DNA of 64,000 bases from Candidatus Woesebacteria bacterium RIFCSPLOWO2_01_FULL_44_24b (GTDB lineage: Bacteria; Patescibacteriota; Microgenomatia; UBA8517). The stretch's first letter is position 1, and every line of letters begins with the position of its first letter. This document shows positions 59,400 to 64,000 of the stretch, one piece after another. The notes beneath the pieces were generated by a model that ran no database searches, was not told the DNA's origin, and was given only the letters and a program-made list of their open reading frames with translations. Where the stretch lies: assembly GCA_001793235.1 (NCBI GenBank), contig MGHM01000020.1:33677-97676 (forward strand). Reading direction: 5' to 3'. The position numbers were made by a program, and so were the translations under genes.

Positions 59400-59462
59400 A
59401 AGTGGATTATACCATAAAAATCTACTTATTGACTTCGTTATTTATTTGGATTTTAATGCATT

Positions 59463-60044
59463 ATGGCCCAAAACAACATTGAGGTTGAAATAAAAATTCA
59501 ACTTTCCAAGGCCGAGTTTGATGACATTAAAAAGAAAATAAAAAAGACTTCAAAGTTCGTTAAATCATCTCACCACGTTGATAGTTATTATAATTCTGGC
59601 CATAAAAATTTTCTCAAGCCAAAATATCCATACGAGTGGCTGAGTATCAGGGCCAGGGACGGCAAAATACTTTTAAACTATAAGCATTGGTACCCTGAAG
59701 GCGTGAAGCACACCACTCATTGCAATGAATATGAAACGGAAGTCTCCGACAAAGTGCAGCTCAAAAAGATACTGCACGCACTTGAAATCAAAGAAATTAT
59801 TACGGTGGATAAAAAAAGAGAAACATACATTTATAAAAAGACAATCGAAATTGCTTTCGATGAAGTTGTGGGCTTGGGCTATTTTCTTGAGGCAGAATCT
59901 CTCAAAAATTCGGGCGGGGTAGAAAAAACTTACAAAAAACTTGAGAGGTTTGTAAAGTCCCTTGGAGTAAATGAAATAAAAACAATTCCCGGAGGCTATG
60001 CCGCTGCCATGATGAGAAAAAAGGGATTAATGAAAGCTAGCTAA
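59463..60044 (+). CDS. CYTH domain protein (class IV adenylate cyclase-like)
   Basis: EVEIK motif; LGYFLEAE. Confidence 0.88.
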   Translation: MAQNNIEVEIKIQLSKAEFDDIKKKIKKTSKFVKSSHHVDSYYNSGHKNFLKPKYPYEWLSIRARDGKILLNYKHWYPEGVKHTTHCNEYETEVSDKVQLKKILHALEIKEIITVDKKRETYIYKKTIEIAFDEVVGLGYFLEAESLKNSGGVEKTYKKLERFVKSLGVNEIKTIPGGYAAAMMRKKGLMKAS

Positions 60045-61884
60045 GGCCTTCGCCGTTTTCTTTCTTCCCCACAATCTTTTCAAAATCATCTTGGTCGAGA
60101 GTTTCTTTTTCAAGAAGTCCTGCGGCCACTTTGTCTAAAAGTTTCCTGTTTTTTTTGACGAGTTCAATGGCTTTTTTATGAGCCACTTCCATAAACTCAC
60201 TGACTTCAAGGTCAACGCGCTCCTTCATAGCCTCTGAAACATCCCCGGACTCCCATGGAAGAGTATTAGCCGCGTCTTCCCCTTGATACCCGAGGTTCAC
60301 GGGTCCGAGTTTACTCATACCAAAGTCTGTAACCATTGCACGCGCCAGAGCAGTTGCATGCTCAATGTCATTTGAAGCTCCTGCCGTCATCTCATCAAAC
60401 ACAACTTCCTCAGCGGCGCGGCCCCCAAGCATGGCGGCAATCTGGTCCAGAAGACGACTCCTGGTCTCGTGAGTTCTATCATGCGCCGGTGGAATTAAAG
60501 TGTGTCCCAAGCTCATGCCGCGGGCAACGATTGATATTCTCTGAACAGGATCGGTCTTAACCAGAAAGTGAGTAACGATTGCGTGCCCCGCTTCATGATA
60601 CGCAGTCAGTCTTTTATCCTCCTCAGACTGAAGCCGTTTCTTGGCCGGGCCAAGCTTGACCTTTGTCGCTGCTTCTTCAATGTCGCTCATCTCCACTGCC
60701 TCTTTATCCTCTCGGGCCGCGGCAATTGCTGCCTCATTGAGCATATTTTCTAGGTCAGCCCCGGAAAAGCCAACGGTGCGGTCAGCAATTCTCCCCCAAT
60801 TAATATCCTTGCCAAATTTTTTATTTTTGGCATGAATGTGAAGAATCGCCAGCCTTCCTTCTTTGTCGGGCATATCCAAAACCACCCGGCGGTCAAAGCG
60901 CCCGGGGCGGAGTAAGGCCGGGTCCAGCAAATCCCCACGGTTTGTTGCCGCAATTACGGCAACATTGTCATTTGGCGTAAAGCCGTCCATCTCAACCAGA
61001 ATCTGATTCAAGGTCTGCTCGCGCTCATCATGCCCGCCCATGACTCCGCGGCCGCGCTGCCTGCCAATCGCGTCAATCTCATCAATGAATATAATGGACG
61101 GCGCTTGGGCTTTGGCTTGTGCAAAAAGATCACGCACGCGGGAAGCTCCAACACCAACGAGCATCTCCATGAACTCCGAGCCCGCCATTGAAAAAAATGG
61201 CACTCCCGTTTCTCCAGCTACCGCGCGTGCCAGAAGGGTTTTACCTACACCTGCCGGTCCAAACAGGAGCACGCCTTTTGGAGTCCGCGCACCTATTTTA
61301 GTGTACTTAGTTGGGTTTTTCAAAAAATCAACCACTTCCTCGAGTTCCTTTTTTGCATCATCCACACCGGCTACATCCTTAAAAGTCACCGACTGCTTGC
61401 CTTTGGCAAAAAGCTTAGCTTTACTTCGGCCAAAGCTAAATATCTCCTGTGCGCCTCGTGATTGCATTCTAAAAATTACCATAAATATTACAGCAACCAC
61501 AATGAGCGGCAAAACTATGCCGACAACTTCGGCAATTGCCCGCGAAATGGTTTGGTCAGAGACAGTATAGTCAACACCCGCCGGGTCAATGCCCGAGCGC
61601 TCCAAAAGCTCGGGGAAGCTGACACTGGCCTCCTTGGTAGAAACTTTTTCCGACCCATCTTTGTAAGTTAATGCTAGGCGCTCCGTCTCCACTTCGACCA
61701 TTTCCACTTGGCCGTCTTTAATGTCCTCCAATGCTTGTGAAAGCTCAAGTTTGCTCTCGTCAATTCTGGTCTGAAACAAAACTCGAAAAAATGGGGCCAT
61801 AAAAAGTACAAGAAGCCCAAGAATTGCAATCCTCCAGAGATTTATTTTAAATTTAAGCTCAATTCTTTTCTTTTTAGTTGCCAT
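60037..61884 (-). CDS. ftsH: ATP-dependent zinc metalloprotease FtsH
   Basis: Two TMs, [22 protein letters not shown]. Confidence 0.97.
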   Translation of the reverse strand: MATKKKRIELKFKINLWRIAILGLLVLFMAPFFRVLFQTRIDESKLELSQALEDIKDGQVEMVEVETERLALTYKDGSEKVSTKEASVSFPELLERSGIDPAGVDYTVSDQTISRAIAEVVGIVLPLIVVAVIFMVIFRMQSRGAQEIFSFGRSKAKLFAKGKQSVTFKDVAGVDDAKKELEEVVDFLKNPTKYTKIGARTPKGVLLFGPAGVGKTLLARAVAGETGVPFFSMAGSEFMEMLVGVGASRVRDLFAQAKAQAPSIIFIDEIDAIGRQRGRGVMGGHDEREQTLNQILVEMDGFTPNDNVAVIAATNRGDLLDPALLRPGRFDRRVVLDMPDKEGRLAILHIHAKNKKFGKDINWGRIADRTVGFSGADLENMLNEAAIAAAREDKEAVEMSDIEEAATKVKLGPAKKRLQSEEDKRLTAYHEAGHAIVTHFLVKTDPVQRISIVARGMSLGHTLIPPAHDRTHETRSRLLDQIAAMLGGRAAEEVVFDEMTAGASNDIEHATALARAMVTDFGMSKLGPVNLGYQGEDAANTLPWESGDVSEAMKERVDLEVSEFMEVAHKKAIELVKKNRKLLDKVAAGLLEKETLDQDDFEKIVGKKENGEGLS

Positions 61885-61903
61885 CAGTTACAGATTATAT
61901 CAC

Positions 61904-62257
61904 TCATCTCACCTTAGTGCCATTGGGGACGACCTCGGGTAAATTAAAAAGTATCGGTTTAGTTTCTTCATCGTCCTTGGGAACAGCCATAAGCATCATG
62001 CCTTCGCTAAAGTCCCCTTCCGACCCGATTTTTTTAGGTTTTAAGTTAACAATAAACGGAAATTGTTTACCAGTTAAATCCTCCGGCGCATAAAACTTCA
62101 TAATGCCGGAAAATATTGTGCGCTCGCCAATTTCCTCCCCCAAGTCGACTGTTAATTTAATCACCCAATGGCTCCACTCGGGAACTTCTGCTTTGGTTAC
62201 AGTCCCAACCCGAATATTCAACTTTTGAAAGTCGTCTATTGATACCTCATCACTCAT
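61904..62257 (-). CDS. tRNA-binding OB-fold protein (Trbp111/CsaA/MetG C-terminal-like)
   Basis: FQKLNIRVG, RTIFSGI, VNLKPKK, SEGMML. Confidence 0.88.
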   Translation of the reverse strand: MSDEVSIDDFQKLNIRVGTVTKAEVPEWSHWVIKLTVDLGEEIGERTIFSGIMKFYAPEDLTGKQFPFIVNLKPKKIGSEGDFSEGMMLMAVPKDDEETKPILFNLPEVVPNGTKVR

Positions 62258-62299
62258 TTTATGAAACCCACTTTCTCATAAGCAAAGCTTGTGTCAAAA

Positions 62300-63283
62300 T
62301 TAGCTAACGAAGCCAATTTTGTCATAAACTTCAGTAAGTTTCTTGTGAGAAATTTCCTGCGCCTTTTTTGCCCCACCCCGCAACGTCTCCAATAATTTAT
62401 TGTCATCACCGCGAATTTGAGCATATTTTTCTTGAATTGGTTTAAGTTTTTCAACAACTATATCGGCAACTTTTGACTTAAAGTCACCGTAAGACAAGCC
62501 TTGCATCTGGCGCTCGGAGTCTTCCATACTAGTTTCGGCAAACTCAGAATGTATACTTAATAAATTAGTAATTCCGGGCTTTTCCGGGGAAGCTTTAACT
62601 TCGGCACCACTATCAGTTACGGCAGACATTATTTTTTTTCTAACTACATCCGGCTCGTCAAATAGAAAAACCGAAGCACTTGTGTTGGGGTCACTTTTGC
62701 TCATTTTTTTTTCTGGATCGACAAGGCTCATAATCCGAGCACCCGTTTCACCGACAACAGGCTCCGGAAGCAAAAATGTTTCCCCATAGCGAGAGTTAAA
62801 GCGCTCAGCAACATCTCGAGCGAGCTCTACGTGCTGTTTTTGGTCGTCCCCGATGGGTACATGCGTGGTGCTATAAAGGATAATATCGGCAGCCATAAGG
62901 GCGGGATAATCAAAAAGGCCAACATTTACAAACTGCTTTCCTTCGGACTTATCCTTAAACTGAGTCATTCTACTCATCTGGCCCATCGAGATATTACAGT
63001 TTGCAATCCAGCCTCCGTTTGCATGGTCAGCATTCATAGACTGAACAAAAAGTATTGATTTTTCCTGATCAATTCCGGCAGCCAGAAGAAACGCCGCAGT
63101 GCTAAGAGTGTTTTCTCGCAATACTTTAGGGTCCTGCTCCACGGTTATTGCGTGCATATCAACAACACAAAAGATATTAAGGCCATCATCCTGCCCCTTT
63201 GCCCAGTGCCGCACAGCTCCCAAGTAATTACCAATATGAAGATTCCCCGAGGGCTGTATGCCAGAAAAAACAACCTTTGCCAT
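62300..63283 (-). CDS. trpS: Tryptophan--tRNA ligase
   Basis: HIGN, GDDQKQH, KMSKS. Confidence 0.97.
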   Translation of the reverse strand: MAKVVFSGIQPSGNLHIGNYLGAVRHWAKGQDDGLNIFCVVDMHAITVEQDPKVLRENTLSTAAFLLAAGIDQEKSILFVQSMNADHANGGWIANCNISMGQMSRMTQFKDKSEGKQFVNVGLFDYPALMAADIILYSTTHVPIGDDQKQHVELARDVAERFNSRYGETFLLPEPVVGETGARIMSLVDPEKKMSKSDPNTSASVFLFDEPDVVRKKIMSAVTDSGAEVKASPEKPGITNLLSIHSEFAETSMEDSERQMQGLSYGDFKSKVADIVVEKLKPIQEKYAQIRGDDNKLLETLRGGAKKAQEISHKKLTEVYDKIGFVS

Positions 63284-63326
63284 TAGGCTATGTTAGCTTA
63301 AATTGAAGTAAATTGGAAGTTAAAAT

Positions 63327-63497
63327 TTGTTGCCTCACGCTGCCTGAGTGCCCGACTCGAACGGGACGCCAAGTCGTAAGTGTTTAGGGTAGCTAATCCG
63401 ATATTCCTCTCACGACGTATCGGGTAATACTCGATTGCTAACCGTACCCACAAAGGGACCGACCCTTTGCCAATCCTCAGGCAGAGAAAGGCAACAA
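63327..63497 (-). ncRNA. tRNA-like structured RNA candidate
   Basis: Paired ends, D-like arm, enlarged central arm, T-like arm with TTCGAGT loop. Confidence 0.55.
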
Positions 63498-63498
63498 G

Positions 63499-63571
63499 TA
63501 CCAGCGACAGGGATCGAACCTGTGACCCGCGGTTTATGATTCCGCTGCTCTACCAACTGAGCTACGCTGGC
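63499..63571 (-). tRNA. tRNA with CAT anticodon (elongator Met or Ile2)
   Basis: Cloverleaf, AT-CAT-AA loop, A31/A39 mismatch. Confidence 0.9.
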
Positions 63572-63661
63572 GCATCAACATATTTTATCAAACTTGCCTC
63601 AAGTTGACCACTCTGGTATCATATTCAAGCAAATAGCTAATGTCTAACAGCTATTTTTACA

Positions 63662-63937
63662 TGCGGGGTAGTGTACGGCTGCACGGAAGGCTCAAAATGG
63701 GCCCGTCTAGTAGCAATATTAGAATGAGAACTTGGCTATATCGGCGAAACCTAAATTATTAAACATGGCAACGCCGAGGAAAGGCCCCACTTAGCGGGGA
63801 ATCCGTAGAGACTATACGCCGAGCCCCATTAGATGAGAAATCTATCTAACGGGGATGACATAGTCCGACACTCACCGAAAGATGAGGTAACAGAAAAGCA
63901 TAATCTTCCAGACCGGGTCCGACTCCCGGCCCCGCAA
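63662..63937 (+). tRNA. tRNA-CAT (fMet-like acceptor stem) split by a group I intron; exons 63662-63692 and 63899-63937
   Basis: Joined exons give acceptor TGCGGGG/CCCCGCA and anticodon arm GAAGG-CT-CAT-AA-TCTTC. Confidence 0.85.
63693..63898 (+). mobile_element. Compact group I intron (206 nt) after U33
   Basis: P1 GGCU/GGCC with U:G, P3 CUUGGC/GCCGAG, GUAGAGACUA and GACAUAGUCC core, terminal G; no ORF. Confidence 0.92.
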
Positions 63938-64000
63938 CAAGGCACAATTCTGCGCCTTGCTTCGGAGGGTACAGTACTGTACCCTCCTTCGCCAGGAGCT

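Noticed and set aside
62254-62457. 67-aa ORF overlapping the trpS 3' end
   Set aside because: Alternative-frame overlap with no recognisable motif
63284-63497. T-box leader or tmRNA before trpS
   Set aside because: No UGGNACC T-box bulge, no terminator/antiterminator, no G3:U70 and no tag ORF

Overview
64 kb of a small, AT-rich bacterial chromosome. The divergent, intron-bearing 16S rRNA and the gene content fit a Patescibacteria/CPR (Microgenomates-like) organism using genetic code 11. It holds a split rRNA operon: tRNA-Ala/23S/5S at about 6.5-11.0 kb and 16S at about 21.3-23.7 kb, with tRNA-Ile inverted between them. There are three group I introns (23S L2500 with a disrupted LAGLIDADG gene, 16S S788 with an intact one, and a 206-nt intron in an atypical tRNA-CAT) and seven tRNAs. 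Protein genes include housekeeping functions (radA, rpsA, trxAB, pth, ATP-dependent ligase, recF, mutM, ftsH, trpS), a MurL/MurD pair, an alpha-glucan cluster, a sortase with an LPKTG substrate and four toxin-antitoxin pairs. Three signals are unexplained. (1) A promoter-led region of about 3 kb (13.2-16.3 kb) whose non-coding parts pair with each other over long range, like a giant structured RNA with two ORFs in its loops. (2) A 4x-heptamer + GGGA repeat family seen as an inverted pair around a four-helix-bundle gene, as an empty hairpin and as in-frame half-elements inside genes. (3) A tRNA-like RNA of about 170 nt upstream of trpS. All base pairings were read by eye and no database searches were run.
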